A DNA stretch of 64,000 bases from Moniliella sp. 'wahieum'. Lineage: Eukaryota. Under the pieces are notes generated by a model. That model was not told the origin of the DNA. It was given only the letters and a program-made list of their open reading frames with translations, and did no database searches. The stretch covers positions 62,001 to 126,000 of the forward strand of contig RSEE01000063.1 of the NCBI GenBank assembly GCA_003971905.1. Direction: 5' to 3'. How positions within the stretch are numbered: position 1 is the stretch's first letter; each line of letters begins with the position of its first letter. The position numbers and the translations under genes are program-made. Positions 12,411 to 26,319 of this stretch are shown in pieces.

Positions 12411-13385
12411 AAGGATGGTGCTACCTTCATCTTGCCCATCACGGACCTCCCCTGACCGCCTGCTTCCTTTGGGATGCGTTGGCCTCCCTCCCCTCCCCCT
12501 GCTCCTCCCCCCTGTCCCTACCTTTGCGATGGGAACGTAAAATGTACTTGTCTTTGCGGCATGCGAGTTGGGGCGAGGCTGGCACGAGGCCGGGGGAAAG
12601 CGAGGGTTCAGCGCAGAAGTGTACAACCGACAAGCAACGTGAACCATTGGCAGGAGGATGAGAAGGGGTTTGACAAGAGGTTTCTCCGTCTCTAGAGCCC
12701 ACCGCCGTACTGCTACATGTGGTGCTGCGCGTTAGCTCTGTGGTCGTCTGGGCTGCTCAACCGGGACACTCGCTAGTACCTTGGTGCCGACCCACCTGCC
12801 TGCCTACTTAGGACACTCCCAACCAGCACCCCGCATGGCATCAATGCACCGAAAAAAATATATAGGAAAGGATGGTGTAGAGGGGAATGGAGAATGCGGA
12901 AATCGATCACGAGTGGCATCGCACTGGCGCTATATTCATCGAGTTATCGAAATGCTGGCATGGCTGGGAGAAAAGGGGGTGTGTAAGAGCCACTCCATTA
13001 CACAGGAAAAGGTGTGGACTGGGGCTACTGGGGCCCATCACGCCCCCCACCCGCGTGTTACTGTACGGTCGCCAGGAAAGACAATTTTTGGCATACTTGG
13101 GGACTTTGCGAGCCGATCGGTAACAAGGACAAAGGCCACACGGCGGTACACAAGTAGAAGATGATGGTGTGTTGAGGAGCAGAAACCCGGCGCGGGTGTA
13201 ACATGTAACCCAGTACCACACCTACTCGTCGCACCGCCCTCCTCCCTTGTGCGATGGACAAAAGGTCGATGGGCGTGCGGTGCGAGGCGAACTATACAAT
13301 CACAACTGAGGATACGAACAAACGGAGGATGGCGACCATGGTCCCTCTCCCCCCGATCCCCGCTTCGCTCTCCTTGACCAAAAAG

Positions 13386-13911
13386 TATAGTCCGGGGGGG
13401 GGGGGGCTCGTTTTCCCTCCGAGAAAGACCTGTACCCTTGTGCTCACGCGTGCTTAGGGTATGCCCAGGTGCCAGCTGTGGACGAGACAGCCTGCCCTCT
13501 GGTGCCTACCTCAGATCTCAGAGAGAGAACTGGACCCTTGTGCTCACGCCTTGTTATTCAATGTATTTATCAGAGCCGCCCTGACATGTGACACTTGGCG
13601 CAGTGGCCTATAGTCCCGCCAGAGCCGAGCAAGACTGCAACCTAGTTTCTCCCAGAGAAAGAACTGGGCATGTGTGCTCCCGCGTAGTTAGTCATTCTGT
13701 AGTTGAGCAGGAGGCTAGCACGTGGTCCCAAACCTCAAGTTATTGCCTTGTCGAACTAGGAGTGGACTCTAGTTCGCGGGCCGCCTAGTCAGTCAGACTG
13801 AAGTCGAGCCGCACTGTCGCCTGGTGCGCTCGTTCAGACAGACAACTGGGCCATAGTTCGCCCGCCTATAGTAGTCAGTCCGACTAAACCAACGCGTTAG
13901 TGTGCGGCACA
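13386..13911. mobile_element. Probable solo-LTR plus related LTR fragment(s)
   Basis: 13587-13911 begins TGTGAC and ends GGCACA (TG..CA, imperfect terminal inverted repeat). A 29-bp motif gagaaagaNctg.acccttgtgctcacgc occurs at 13421, 13521 and 13655. No target-site duplication found. Confidence 0.45.
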
Positions 13912-14235
13912 CTGGCTTTCCCGCACGGACCTCTACTTGGGCGTTGGGCTCCGCGCTACGCAAGGGCACGAACCGAAAGCAGTTAAATGGACTAGGGAAG
14001 CAAAAATCGGCAATGGCGCTCTGGTCGATGGGCTGAGATGGTCCGTGAGATCAACGAGGAATAGAGTGGATGACATAGATGGGATGAATGAGATGGATAG
14101 GATGGAGGGAATAAATGGGATTCATAGAATGGATGCGATGGGAGGGTCCATGGGATCCATGAGACCGACGAGATGAATGGCAGGAGTGGGATGGGTGGCA
14201 TGTGGACATCGCGGGTGGCATGGGTGGTATGAGTG

Positions 14236-17078
14236 TCATCGCGCCCCCCCCGGTGGGGAGGTGAGCTGCTGGAGCAAAGCGAGCAGAGTGCGTGCGCGCG
14301 CTTGTAGGTCCACTACCTCCTCACACTCGACCAGTAACGCAGTTCCCTCTCCAGCCCAAACAGCTGCAACGTCCGCGCCGCGTCCCTTGCCATCGTCCGT
14401 TCCTCTGCCGCATCCGCACGCAGCAGGTTCAGCGCACACACCACCCCTGCGTCGCGCAGGCTCGCATACGAGTCGCTGAGCAGCGTCACCACCCCATCTA
14501 GTAAGTTGGGCCGGGCGAGGAGCGCCTGTCGTACTGCAACCCCTCCCGCCGCTAGGTTGGCTAGCGTCCATGCCGCCTGATCAATCCCCGTTGGCAACAC
14601 CATCTCGTGCACATAGTCTTGTAGCACTGCCTCGAGCAGGCCATAGATCCTTCCCCCCCCTGACCCAGTACCAGCGCCGTGTCTTCCTCCGTGGGCGCGA
14701 CTAAGTTGCGTACCATGCCCAATGCCTGTTCCTGTTCCCACCCGCCCACCTGCGCCGTGACGTACAGCTGTTCCCATCCGTACACGTCCATCACGCTCGC
14801 TTTGATTTGTGGATCGGTATTGTAGAGCAAGTTCTTGAGTACCCACAATGCGTTCACACGTACCTCCTCCACACTGTGCGCCGCCGCTGCCACCACTTGC
14901 GCCACGCACCCGTCTGGCCCGACCAACCGCGGCTTCATGGGGCTAAAGCTCAGTACCAGGTCGGCCAGAACGCCCAACGCCTCCACCAGCAAAATATCCT
15001 CGTCCTCTTCCCTTTTTGCTTCGCTCGACAGCGACGAGGACGGGGAGGAGGACAAGCAAAGAGGCGGACGGGGACGGGGACGAGGCAAAAGGGGAACAAT
15101 GGCCTCGGCGATACCTGCATCCAGTAGAGAGGTACGGAGGATCGTGACGCTGCGTGCTAATGAGCGCAAGAGTCGTACGCCAGCCACCTTGATCCCCAAG
15201 GGTGTATCGTGCGTCTTGAGACTGCGCACCACACGGGGCAAGATGGCTGGGGACGTATCAATGAGCAGGGTACGGATCATATCGGAGTCGTACGCCAGTG
15301 CGGCCAATGCGGACAGAGCCGCTTCGGCCAGCTGGGCCATGGCCTGTAGATGAGCCAGAATGGGCATAACGCCTTCCTCCTTAGCTCCGAGGAGGAAAGT
15401 ATGAGCGTGATCCCACACCCGCGCTAGTCGGGACACTGCATCCATCTCACGTGCCGCGCGTAACTGCAGATCCCCATCGTCTGCCACGAGGCGTGCAATC
15501 GCCCGAGCAGCCAACGTCTGGATGGCTTCGTCTCCCTCGTCCAGCAGGCCAACTAGGAGGAAGAGCACGTGGGCACTGGTGCGCGAGGTAAACGAGCGGG
15601 ATTTGATCAGGTACGCAAAACATGTCAGGGTTGCCACGCGTAGGCGGACGTTAGGGTGGGTGTGTAGGTCGAGCAAAAGCGAGGTGGGCAGAGCACAAGA
15701 AGGTGAGTTGCAGTGTAATAGTTGTCCACATACTTTTGGTTTGCCCCGAGCAATTTCCGCTAACATCCACGCAGCACTTTCTTGTACTCGCTCCGTGCCT
15801 TCTTCCAGTAACGCCACCAGCTGCGACAGCACGCTCCCATCTTCGTCTCGTCGCGGTGCGGCGCGAGTTATCCAGAAGAACGCGGGGGAAATGGCGAGCT
15901 CGGGCGGATCGACGGTAAGTCCAGGGAGCGGAGGAGGCGGGTCGAGGAAAGAGCCAAAAGCGAGTCGGAAATGCGAAAGGCAAGTATGGCGTCTTTGCGT
16001 TGGTCCGTCTCGGACAAGGGGTCGTACGGCTCGGCCTCGCTCGACGCCGAGGGAGGTGTGGAAATAAGTGAAGGGACCGCCAACGTGGCCGAGAACAAGT
16101 TACACATCCAGCGCTGCGCTCGCCACACGGTCCCGGTCTTCCCCAAACACTAGCATTGGCGAGAACAAGTTGGGAAGAAAGAGGATGGAGCACAAGAGCT
16201 GCACTTGGTCCGGTTCGTAGAGGTAGTGGATCGCGCGGCGGAGCTGAGCACGAACGTGGTCGTCAGTGGGGGTGGCGCTGGTCCCCTCCTCTGTCGGGGG
16301 AGGTAGTAAGTCAGGAATCTGCGGGGGACGGACGAGGGCTGGTGTGGTGGACCAGAGGATCGTGGATGGGGAGGGAAGGAGAGTGACTTGCGCGCGGCGA
16401 AGGAACGCCAACGACCAGGAGAAGGACGCGATAGCGTACTCTCCGCCATGGAGAAGTACGCACGGCCGTAGCCCATGCCGGTCCGGGAGGGAGCCGTAGC
16501 CAGCGGGGCGAGCAGAGTGAAGAGGGAGGCAAGTGTGCGCGTCAGCGCGTGGAGGGTCCGGATCAGCTCGGTGAGCATAGCGGCCCCTGGGGAATCCTCA
16601 TCGATCGGGGCGGACAGCCAGCGTCGGCGGCGCGATGCAGCTCGGTACAGGTCGCGTGGAGGGCGGTGAGCAGGACGTGGGGGATGCCGGCAGATAGGAG
16701 AGCTGCGCGGAGAGCACGGGAGGATGCGGCGCTCTGGGCGAGCAGGCCGAGCAGGGCAGCAGTCTGCGTGCGCACCTGGGCGGCGGGGAGAGAGCGAACG
16801 GGCCGGGTAACGAGCCCGACACACGTCGACAGCGAGCCGGGCTGAGTGGCCCAGGCGACCTTGCGTGAGTGGTGGCCCACGATGGCATCGCGTATGCGGC
16901 GCAGCTGGTCCAGCTGGAGAAGGATGGGGGCGTCGTCGTCGTCGGCTGCGGCATGGGCATCGGGAGCGGCGTCGAGTCCAGCACGGCCAGCAGGCGTGGG
17001 ACTGGGACTGGCGTGCGGCGGCGACACGGACACCGTCGCCGACGCCGGCACGGGCACCGGGAGCGGCATGGGCACCAT
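14236..17078 (-). CDS. ARMC8: Armadillo-repeat protein ARMC8/Vid28 (Gid5) of the GID/CTLH E3 ligase; frameshifted
   Basis: LRRIRDAIVGHHSRK N-terminal motif; LLRSLARSVTILRTSLLDAGIA; LADLVLSFSPMK; VRVNALWVLKNLLY; QEQALGMVRNL; WTLANLAAG. Confidence 0.85.
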
Positions 17079-17270
17079 CCTGTGTGTGCGTGGGCGTTGT
17101 GGGTTCGAGGCTCGTAGCGGCTGGGCGACGATAAAGCCGGCGCCGTGCACGGGCTGCTGCTGACATAAGCCCACGTTGCACCGACTTTGCTTGCCCCGTC
17201 GCACTGGCATACATCCCGTCGCCCACCCCCCCCCCACCACCACCACCACCACCCACCCCCCCCCGCCGCC

Positions 17271-20200
17271 ATGCCCACCCCCCCCCGACGTCCCCCTACT
17301 CGGCCACGTGGCTCGAGACGCAGATGCCCCGCCACCCCATCTTCACTCTCCCTGCCGGCGCCGGCGCCGTCCCCCTTCTGCCTGGCCGTGCCAGTCTGCT
17401 GGCCGTCCGCGGCACCGACCTGCTCCTCGCCGTCAACCTCCCGCCCGCCACGCCCGCCGCTGCGCCCCAGTGCGAGCTGCGCATCGCATCCCTCCTGCCC
17501 CCGCCCCCTGGCACACAGCCCAGTTACCGCCCCCTCGCACCGCGTGTCCCCTTCTTCGTCCAGGCCATCGTGCCCAGCCCCACGGGCAAGGTCCTCGCCG
17601 TTGTCGGCGACTCGCAGCTGTGCGTCGTTATTCTCCCTCGCCACGGCTGGGCCACCCACGTGCCTGTCGCATCCGACATATCTGCTTCCCTTGGCGCTTC
17701 TACCGCCCCTGTTGGCCCCGAACTCTCCGCCAGCATCGTTCCCATTGGCAGCTTTTATCACACGAAGGGCTCCCCGCGCATCGCCAAGGCCTCCTGGCAT
17801 CCTTGGGGCAACGCAGCCTCCTCACTCCTCGTCCTCACTGCCGATGCGATTTTCCGCGAATACGACATCTCTACCGACCCTACCGAGCCGGCACAGACTG
17901 TCTCCTTCCTCCCCAGCGTCGCCGATGGCCTTGACACCGCCACCCGCCCGCCCGACCATCTTGGCCGCTCTGTCTCCCGTGCCCGTTCCGCCACGCCTAA
18001 TGCTTCTTTTGTTGACCGCATGGGCCGCCTGGGCTTGGACGATGATCAAGATGCCACAACCGCCGTTAGCTTTTCGCTGAGTCCCGCACTGGAGCCTCCG
18101 CCGCCGTCGATCGGAGAGCAAGATGTCCGTCCGCCCATTGGCTGGCGTGGGGGGGCCCACTGGAGGTATTGCACTGATGAAGAATGGAGACGTTTGGAAG
18201 CTGTGCCCATTATGCCTCGAAAGCGTACGTGATTCCCTTTGTTCTGTTCCGTTTGTTTCTGCCTCGGGTTCGACCTAACCTATACGATTGTATGTTAGAC
18301 TATCCCTCCATCCTACGTCCGCCACTAGCTACTTTGTCAAGCTTCAAAGTCAAACCTCTCTGGGCGACAGACGGACTTGGCGTGCGGTATGCCCGAGGCC
18401 TGACCCAGCAAGCGCACGATGCGCTTCTGGGACTCGACACGGCCAACACCTCTTGGGCAAAATCAACCTCAACGACAACACGCACGTCCGGGGGGAACGT
18501 TGGAATTGCCTCCCGGTTTGGGTGCGGACGACGAGCCTGTTCTTCTCCACCCCCCGCATCTGCCCCTGGACCCGAAACCGGCGCCCCGCGGACCCTTCCT
18601 GTATCGGCCTGCGCCAATCGAACTAAGCGAGGTACGGGAGCCCGGTGCGACCGACCTGCTCGCCACGCGTCTCACGGCAGGCGAGGCGGCATTGGACTTG
18701 CTGGTGATCACGATGGACGATGGGCGAGTGGATGTGTGTGTGGTGGACGACTCGGTGGGCGCACGTTGGCGCACCAAGCCCCCCAAGGCGGCCCATTGGC
18801 TTCCTCGCAGCTTCGATCCCAGAGAAAGCGGCCCGGAAGAATCGCGCTGTCGGACTCGGAGTCCGAGAGTGGAGACGAGGCCGGTGTGCAGAGTCGTTGG
18901 GATGGCACGCTGACCCAGACATCAGTCAAGGTGGAGGTAGAAGAAGGTGGACGAGACCCTGAACCTGTGCTGTCAGTGTACGAATCGGTCGATCTAGGCA
19001 TCGCTAAACAAGTTGAACAAACTGGCTACCGTCCTGTCAGTGTGGTGCGCGACCCAATGTACCCGGATCAGGTGTACATTACCACCCGGCCGGTGTGCAT
19101 GCTCTCTCGTTCCACCCATGGGGGGAAAACTGGTTCGTTTCTGGAACCAAGCGCACGGACCTGACTTTACGGAGCTCCATGCGTTCCTGCACCAACAGCT
19201 ATCCTCTACGATCGGCTGGCTCGTTGCCACCTCGGGCTCAACCGAGCTGACAGAGTCGTCCCAGCCGGGCCAGCCGGTGGTTGGGTTCACCGTCTTGGCC
19301 GACGTGTATCTTTCCTACACGATGCTGGCAGTGACAGCCGACTTGCAACTGGTCGGGCGGGAATTTCAGTTCCGCACCGACGGTCTCGAGGCGGCGCAGG
19401 ATGTGACCCAGGATGCGGCGGCGACTCAACTTGACCAGCCGGCGTACACGTATCATTCGCTTCTTGATCAGGAAGGGCCGTTCCGTGTGCCAGAACCGTT
19501 GGCCAGCTCGGGTCTACCTTCTCGCCCGCGCTTGACGGCGGCGCGGAATTCGGTAAGGAACTAACTGTGACGCCTGACTCGCTGCGCTTCCTGGGCAAGG
19601 TGGCTCAGAGTTTGCGTGCGGAAATTCGCACGATTGCCTCGGCATCAGTCAAGGTGCAAGGTCGATTGCTGTTGCAGGACAAGGAGCTGACGCGGCAAGT
19701 AGACAAGGTCAAAACGATGGCGACCAGGACAGGGAGATGGAGGAAGATCGGACGCGTCTCAACGACCGTCTTACGCGGCTGGAACAGTCCCAGTCGGCCC
19801 TGGTCGCACGCTTGGACCGCACCCTGCAGCGTCTGCATACCGCGCACCAACCCGAGGTGAGCGTGTACGAGCGAGCATGGTTCACTGAGCTGGAGCGGCT
19901 CGCGCGACTGGTCGGGGTAGACCCAGACCCAGCGCCGGCATCCGCGCTGCGCACGGCGTCGGGCGCATTTGCCCGTGCGCCCTCGGCGGCACTGGGACGG
20001 ACCGAGGCAGCGCAAACGCTCAACGCAAGATTGACCAATTGGAAGCGCAGCTGGACCTCATCCGCCCGGAACTGGAGGCTCAGCAACTGACTCGCCACGT
20101 GCAGGCAGCCACGTCGACGCGGGACCGGCTCGGGGCGAGTCAGCTGGACAAGATCAAGCGCGCGCTGGTGGAGCAGTATGTACACGATCCGGGGGGGGGG

Positions 20201-20392
20201 AGGGGAAGTGGGGGGGGGATGCTGACGGCTGTGGAACGCAGGACGGCGGTGGTGGCGGAGGCGCGGGAGCGGACGCAGGATCTGCTGGCGGCGTGGCGCC
20301 GCGGGGCTCAGCTCGGCGTAGGCGATGGGCTGCGTGGGCGCGTGGACGAGTGTACAGACGCCGCAATCGATACGAGTATGCAGTACATATAA
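17271..20392 (+). CDS. NUP82: Nucleoporin Nup82/Nup88 (beta-propeller plus C-terminal coiled coil); introns near 18225-18298 and 20176-20241
   Basis: HPIF, LLAVRGTDLLLAV, PSPTGKVLAVVG, IAKASWHPWG..SSLLVLTADAIFREYDI, DPMYPDQVY, TPDSLRFLGKV, PEVSVYERAWFTEL. Start (17271 or 17324) and stop are approximate. Confidence 0.85.
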
Positions 20393-20594
20393 TAACTATA
20401 CTTGGAATATGCGGTTGGGAGTTGGCGTGTGCTCCGCAGCGGAATGGGCCCTTCCGCCCTGCTTCCCCACACCGCTGCGTTTGGCCCCCCTGGGAGCGCC
20501 CGGCTGAAACGTTCATCTGCGCCGATCTTCTCACCTTCTCAATGTAACCACCGCCTCGCGACTGCGCTCGCTGGACTGCCACTCTCAGCCCCCC

Positions 20595-21954
20595 ATGTGC
20601 TGTGCGTCTGCGCGTCTGCGCGCCCCACCGTCCTGCGCGTGCGCCCCAACATCCGCCCCCCCAACACAATCCCCGCCGCCGCCTCTCTCCACCGCCCCCC
20701 CGCCACGCGTCATCTTCTCCGGCATCCAGCCCACCGGCATCCCGCACCTGGGCAACTACCTCGGCGCCCTCCGCAACTGGGTCCAGCTCCAGCAGAACGC
20801 CCGCCCCGACGACACGCTCCTCTTTCCTCTGTCGCCCTCCATGCCCTCACCATGCCCACAGCCCCGCCGTGCTCCAGAACGAGCGGCGCGAGATGCTCGC
20901 GACGCTGCTGGCCATCGGCCTCGACCCCACCCGCTCCATCATCTTCCAACAGGAGGATGTGGCGGAACACGCGCTGCTCAGCTGGATCCTTAGTTGCCAA
21001 GCCTCCTTCGGTCGTCTGCGGCGCATCACCACGTGGAAATCTAAGATTGCCATTGCGTCCGGGACTGGGACTGGGGCCACTGGCACGGACTCGTCCCACC
21101 CCCCTTCTCCTTCCTCTGCCGCCGAAGCGGAGCAGGACGAGCAAGCGGACGATGCAGAGGGTAACCTCAACCTCGGCCTCTTCTCGTACCCTGTCCTCCA
21201 GGCCGCTGATATCCTCCTGTACCGCGCTAACCCATGTCCCCGTGGGAGAGGACCAGATCCAGCACCTCGAGCTCTCCCGCGCCCTGGCCAAACGGTTCAA
21301 CCAGGTGTAACAAGACGCGTCTCTTCCACCTCCCACTCACTTGATTAGTACGCCCCCCCCCTATCCCCACCTCCCTTGTCTTGCTTTTACCCGTGCCTGT
21401 CTTTGGCTGTCTTTGCCTTTGGCTATACTTTGCCTCTCGCGCGTATAGGCTACCCGGATAACGAATGCCCACTAATGCCCCAATCCATCCTCCTGCAGCT
21501 CCTACCGCCGCCTCTCTTCGCTGCCGACCCATCGCAGAAAATGTCCAAGTCAGCGCCGGATGCCAACTCGCGCATCATGCTCACCGACCCACCCGATACC
21601 GTCGCGCGCAAAATCAAGAAAGCCGTGACGGACTCGGAGCGGGTATTATCGTACGACCCTGACTCTCGGCCGGGGGTAGCAACGTTACTGGAGATCATCT
21701 CGAGTCTACAGGGCGATACTACACCTGCTGCCGTGGCTACAGAGCTGAATGCGCGTCGGGCGGACTGGTCACATTGAAAGAACGTGCGACCGAAGTGGTC
21801 AACGAGACTTTACGTCCGATCCAAGAGGAACTCACTAGGGTTCATCGTGACCCGGCCTTCTTGGATCAAGTCGCGGCTGAGGGTAAGCAAAGGCCCAGGC
21901 TCGTGCGCAGGATACCATGCGCCAGGTCAAGGCCGCGCCGTTGGTATCCTGTAG
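20595..21954 (+). CDS. MSW1: Mitochondrial tryptophanyl-tRNA synthetase; intron ~21348-21498; frameshifted
   Basis: [22 protein letters not shown] (HIGH), [44 protein letters not shown]. Confidence 0.95.
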
Positions 21955-22589
21955 CACGGTGGTTTGGTTTTGACCGCATCCCGATCCCTATCCCATGCGA
22001 GACAGCAATCAAGCTCAAGAACTGGAGATCAACATTTAATAGGCAATAGCGATGGAATAATGATTGCTGGGGAGCGATAGTAGAGATGAACGGGGAGGGA
22101 GGAGGAGGGAGTGAGGAATGGAAGATTAAGAGCTACGACGGCCGAGGTTTCGAGAAGAAGGCCTGAGGCGCGCCGGACAACCACGCTTCCCCCCCCCGAA
22201 CGCAACCAGCGGCGCTAGCTGCTGGATGCAAGTGGCTGGGAGCGCCAGAGTCCGGCTAGGCCCTTTGCACACTGCACTGCACTAGTGTCATAGTGTCCCA
22301 CCACACGTCCGGGAGATCTGATCGGGTCAGGTCCAACGTTCAACGTTCACGTGTTTGCCGTTCACCGTTCACCCGGGCGTCAATCGGGACTGGGGAACCC
22401 AAGATGGGGCCATGAGCAGATGGGCAATCGAACCTATGCGACCGCATCCGCATGGAGGCAACGCAATGCAACGCAATGCAAGTTCCCGGCGCAGAGGCGA
22501 GCAAGCGATCACGCCTGAGCACAGGTTGGTGCGGCCGTACTCCTCCCCTCACTTGGCCGCCAAACCCATTACCCATTGCGCCATTAGCA

Positions 22590-25500
22590 TTAGAACCCCA
22601 GTCCGCCTTTGGTCACCTTGACGGTAGCCGAGAGGTTCGGTGATACCTTCCTGGCGACCGAGGCCTGTACCATGCTGCCAACCCCAGGCCAACAACCGAT
22701 ACCCAGTATTTTCCGAACCAATCTTATCGGCACCGAATCCGACCTGCATTCCATCGCGGTTACGCGGAGCCGATGCAGCGCCCTTGAGTCCGCCAAACCC
22801 AGCTCCAGGTCGCTTGGTCATTGGACCTTTGGCCGCTCCTGAGCCCTTGCGATCCGCACGTAACGCTTTATCCAGCCCGCGCCACGGTTTTCTCGTCCAC
22901 CCGAGGCGCTTTGGGGTTCGGTCCTACCGCTGAAAAGGGAGTGTAACTACGCTGTGGCCGTAACTCGCCTTGGCCCTGACTCGCTCGCCATGCCATACGC
23001 ATTCGCCAACTGGTGCAGCAGCGCACGCAACCCTTTCGCCATAGGGGGGAAACGTAATGTGATCCGCAGGGTCCCGGTGGGTCTTGGTCTTGGCTTGCGC
23101 TGCAAACTGGTCAGCCACATCGGATGCGCTGCCCGAAAGCGGACCGCGGGGGGGGGAAATTTCGTCCATTGGCGTTCTTGTTCTTGCCCTTGCCTTTGCT
23201 CTTGCGTACGTTGGCATGGAACGCAGCCAGATCTGGTTCGCCTTGAGGAGCTGGCTGTGCAGGCTGTGCGCCCCCCCCTGTGCTGCAAGTGACCTGCTAG
23301 AGGGGATCCCACCCGTCTCAGCTGCTTGGAGTACGTCGGCGTACATTGCAGCGCGACGTTGTTGCTTGGCAAGTCGTTTGCGCTGCGCTTTAGGCACGTT
23401 CTTGAGCCCGCGTGCTTCGGCAGCTGACTTGGCTGGCGCATGGATCAGTGCGGCCCGTCGCGCCTTTTTCGCAGCTTTGTGGGCCTTGTTGTTAGCCCAT
23501 TGCGCTTGGAGAGCTTGGATCCATTCGTCCGGCTCCTCTTCCGACCCAAAGTAGATATCTTCCTCGTAGTACCGCCGCATCAAACGCTGTCGTCATATCA
23601 AAGTCCGAACCCATCGTCTCGTCCACATCAGACAGGGATGGATCGGCTAGCAACGCAAGAAAAGTGTTAGTCAAGCAGGATCCTCATCATGCGCCTCGGA
23701 AGAGGGAAAGCGTCCGACCAACGCGAAAAAGCAAAAAAAAAAAACAGGATAGATCCACCACATACCTTGTCGAGAATGTTTCTTGGACTTGGACTTGGAC
23801 TTGGAATTGTGCCGCGGGCCCAACTCCCCATTGGCTATGGTACGGAACTTGAGTTCATCCGCCTGCCGAGCCAGATGGGCTGGATCCATAGCAGCGCCAT
23901 TGACCCAGGCGTTGCGTCCTTGAAACATACCCTTGTCAACAAGGATTCGTCGAGGTCCAGGTCCAAGTCCAAGTCCTCGTTCACTCTCCTCCTCCATTGC
24001 AAGTACATCCAAATCCGAACCGTCCGAATCGTCCGAGTCGTCCGAATCGTATGAGCCATCCAAACCACTCAAGTCGTCGGAATCTTCAGGTGAGTCCGAA
24101 TCGTCCAGCTCCTGTGACACATCCCGACTGTCCACCTGCTCCGACCCAAACGATCGATCGGTGTCCGACTCGGTGTCCGACTCGGTCTGGAGGACAAGGC
24201 GGCTAGAGCGGGTTGCGAACGGGGGGGTACCACCACACCCTCCACTCCGAGCGAGGCTCCATGGCCAAATGACCTTGAGGACCCATACCACGTAGGAAGC
24301 CATCATGCGAGCTAAGTGCCCGTATCTTGTGTGGTAGCCGTGGTGGTAGCCGTGGTGGTAGTCGAACGATCGGGGTCTTGCTGCGTCCTAGTGGACTCTT
24401 CCGCCTCGTCCGCCTCCCCTCGACTCCTCCCCCTCGCTCAGGCCACTTGCGTCCCCTGCGGAATCAACGTCCATCGTCTGCGCAAGCGCAAGCAACGATG
24501 TATCTTGCTCTTTCTGCGCTGCACGCAACGCCTGCTGACGACGACGAGATTGCGACCGCCCTCGGGTCCTGCGATGGGGTTACACGGTCCCGCTTGGAGG
24601 GACGGTGAGCTGGTCAATTCGCTTTCGCTTCCGATATCCATCTCGTTTGGCCTACACATGGGCCCCGTCCAGGCTGAGATCTTGTATCGGCACCGTCACC
24701 GTAGTTGCCCACACGTCCGCCCAAACCGGCTCGTCAATCACCCTGAGATGACCAACACCCTGTGTCACGCCGCGTCGGAAGCCGGAGACAGAGAAGCAGG
24801 CACAGACAGAAGAGGAGCACCAGCGCGGTTCGATCCAAGCGACCTTCGTGCATCCAAAAATCGACGCTAGCCCATACGCATGTCCGTGCCATGTCCTGTC
24901 CATGTCCGTGTCCATGTCCATGGACGAAGGAGGGAACTCTTCATCGCGGTGTGCAAGGTCCACCGTTCGTGTCAATCACGAAAAGTTGCTCATCCCCTAA
25001 CGTATCGGATAGAGCCGGATCCGGATCCGGATCCTGTATTGGGCTCGTTGGGATCGGTGGGCTTGCACGCTCGGAGAGCACAGGATCAGGCACAGAGGTA
25101 CTGGTGCAAACGACCTTTGAGGCCGTCGCGGCCTCCCCTGCGCCACTAGAACTCAGAAGAGGGACCCGAGGTGCACCCAGGGTGGGAACCGTAACCGGGG
25201 GAAGAGGGTGAGCGATGGGCAGAGAACGGAGGAAGAAGCAGTAGCAGTCACAGGCGCAGGCGCAGGCGAGGCAGCCACAGCAGCTGGGGTAAGTGTAGGT
25301 GAGGGAGGCTTGGACGTCCCAGACAAAGTGAACAAATCTTGCATGAGATGGAAGTGTCGGCCGGGGTAGGTTGGAACATAACGTTCTCCTCTCCTACCTC
25401 GCCATGATGATTGTCCAAAAACGGTGCAGGCACCAGGACCCAACACTAGCTGTTCCGTTCCGGCCACAGGCTCTTGCCCTGGAAACAGGAAGTACCCCCC

Positions 25501-26319
25501 GTTCTTCCATTCGCCACGCGCTTTGACAAATAATGGCGCAGGACCCTGCTCTTTGGTTGCGGTACCGCCCGTCGCGCTCCCAGGCCCGCATGCGCTGCAG
25601 CCGCACACACCCAGTCCCGATCCTAATCGGGATCCCGATGCCGATCCTGATCCCGATCCGGTGGACGTGGATGGCGGATCGCGTTGGGCACGCGAAGGCG
25701 GAGGAAGACGAGCGGCAAGAGGACGGTAGGTACGTGGCAGCTACCACCGGTGGTAAGGTACCTCCTTCTCTCCCTCTCCTCTTCATCTTGCCCACCGACC
25801 GTCGTATCTCATCGGGGCGAATAGATTGAGATTCCGACGACAGCCTGTTGTTGATCGTAGTCTAGTCCAACTGGTACGCCCAGGCGCCATTCACATACGT
25901 CCGGCCCTGCAGTCTTTCCTCTGACGTGCCGGGCGCGAGGCGCGGGGCGAGAGGACGTAGTCGCTGATAAAGTAGAGTGGCACGACGGGAATCAGAGCGA
26001 AACGTGCGGGTGCGGGTAGGGGGGGGGTGTCACCGCCACCAGTCCCAAACCCAGTCCCAGACCCAGACCTAGTCCTGACGGCCTCATGCGAAACGACGAA
26101 ACTCCAACAAGTTGGTCCAAAACGTCTGCAATCAGTAGAAACAGTGCGTCGCCCTCCCCATCGAGGTAGTTGGCCGCGGCTGAGGCGGAAGGGAACTTGC
26201 CCCGACCGGGACCTGAGGTGCCACGCCGCCCCACCGCGTCCCGCACGTCCGCCACGACCGCCACGCCCTCCGCCACGTCCCCCGCGTCCGCGAGATGCTC
26301 CGCGATGGTTCTTTGCCAT
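22590..26319 (-). CDS. SQS1: SQS1/Pfa1-like R3H and G-patch domain protein; frameshifted, at least one intron near 26125-25905
   Basis: RGG-rich N-terminus MAKNHRGASRGRGGRGG; PLFVKA; acidic middle; R3H-like FPP...LRALLHQLANAYGM.S.S.G; C-terminal G-patch VGFGADKIGSENTGYRLLA..GW..GTGLG..EGITEP..ATVKVTKGGLGF*. Confidence 0.85.

Noticed and set aside
13421..13683. CRISPR-like array (29-bp repeats with unique spacers)
   Set aside because: Only three diverged copies, irregular 71- and 105-nt spacers, eukaryotic context and no cas genes; better explained as LTR fragments.
16598..17800. Long antisense/overlapping ORFs (e.g. 16598-17800, 45183-46577, 39919-40950)
   Set aside because: Shadows of GC-rich coding sequence on the opposite strand, with no recognisable motifs.
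22421..22460. tRNA gene on the minus strand (GGTTCGATT)
   Set aside because: No paired T-stem or acceptor stem.
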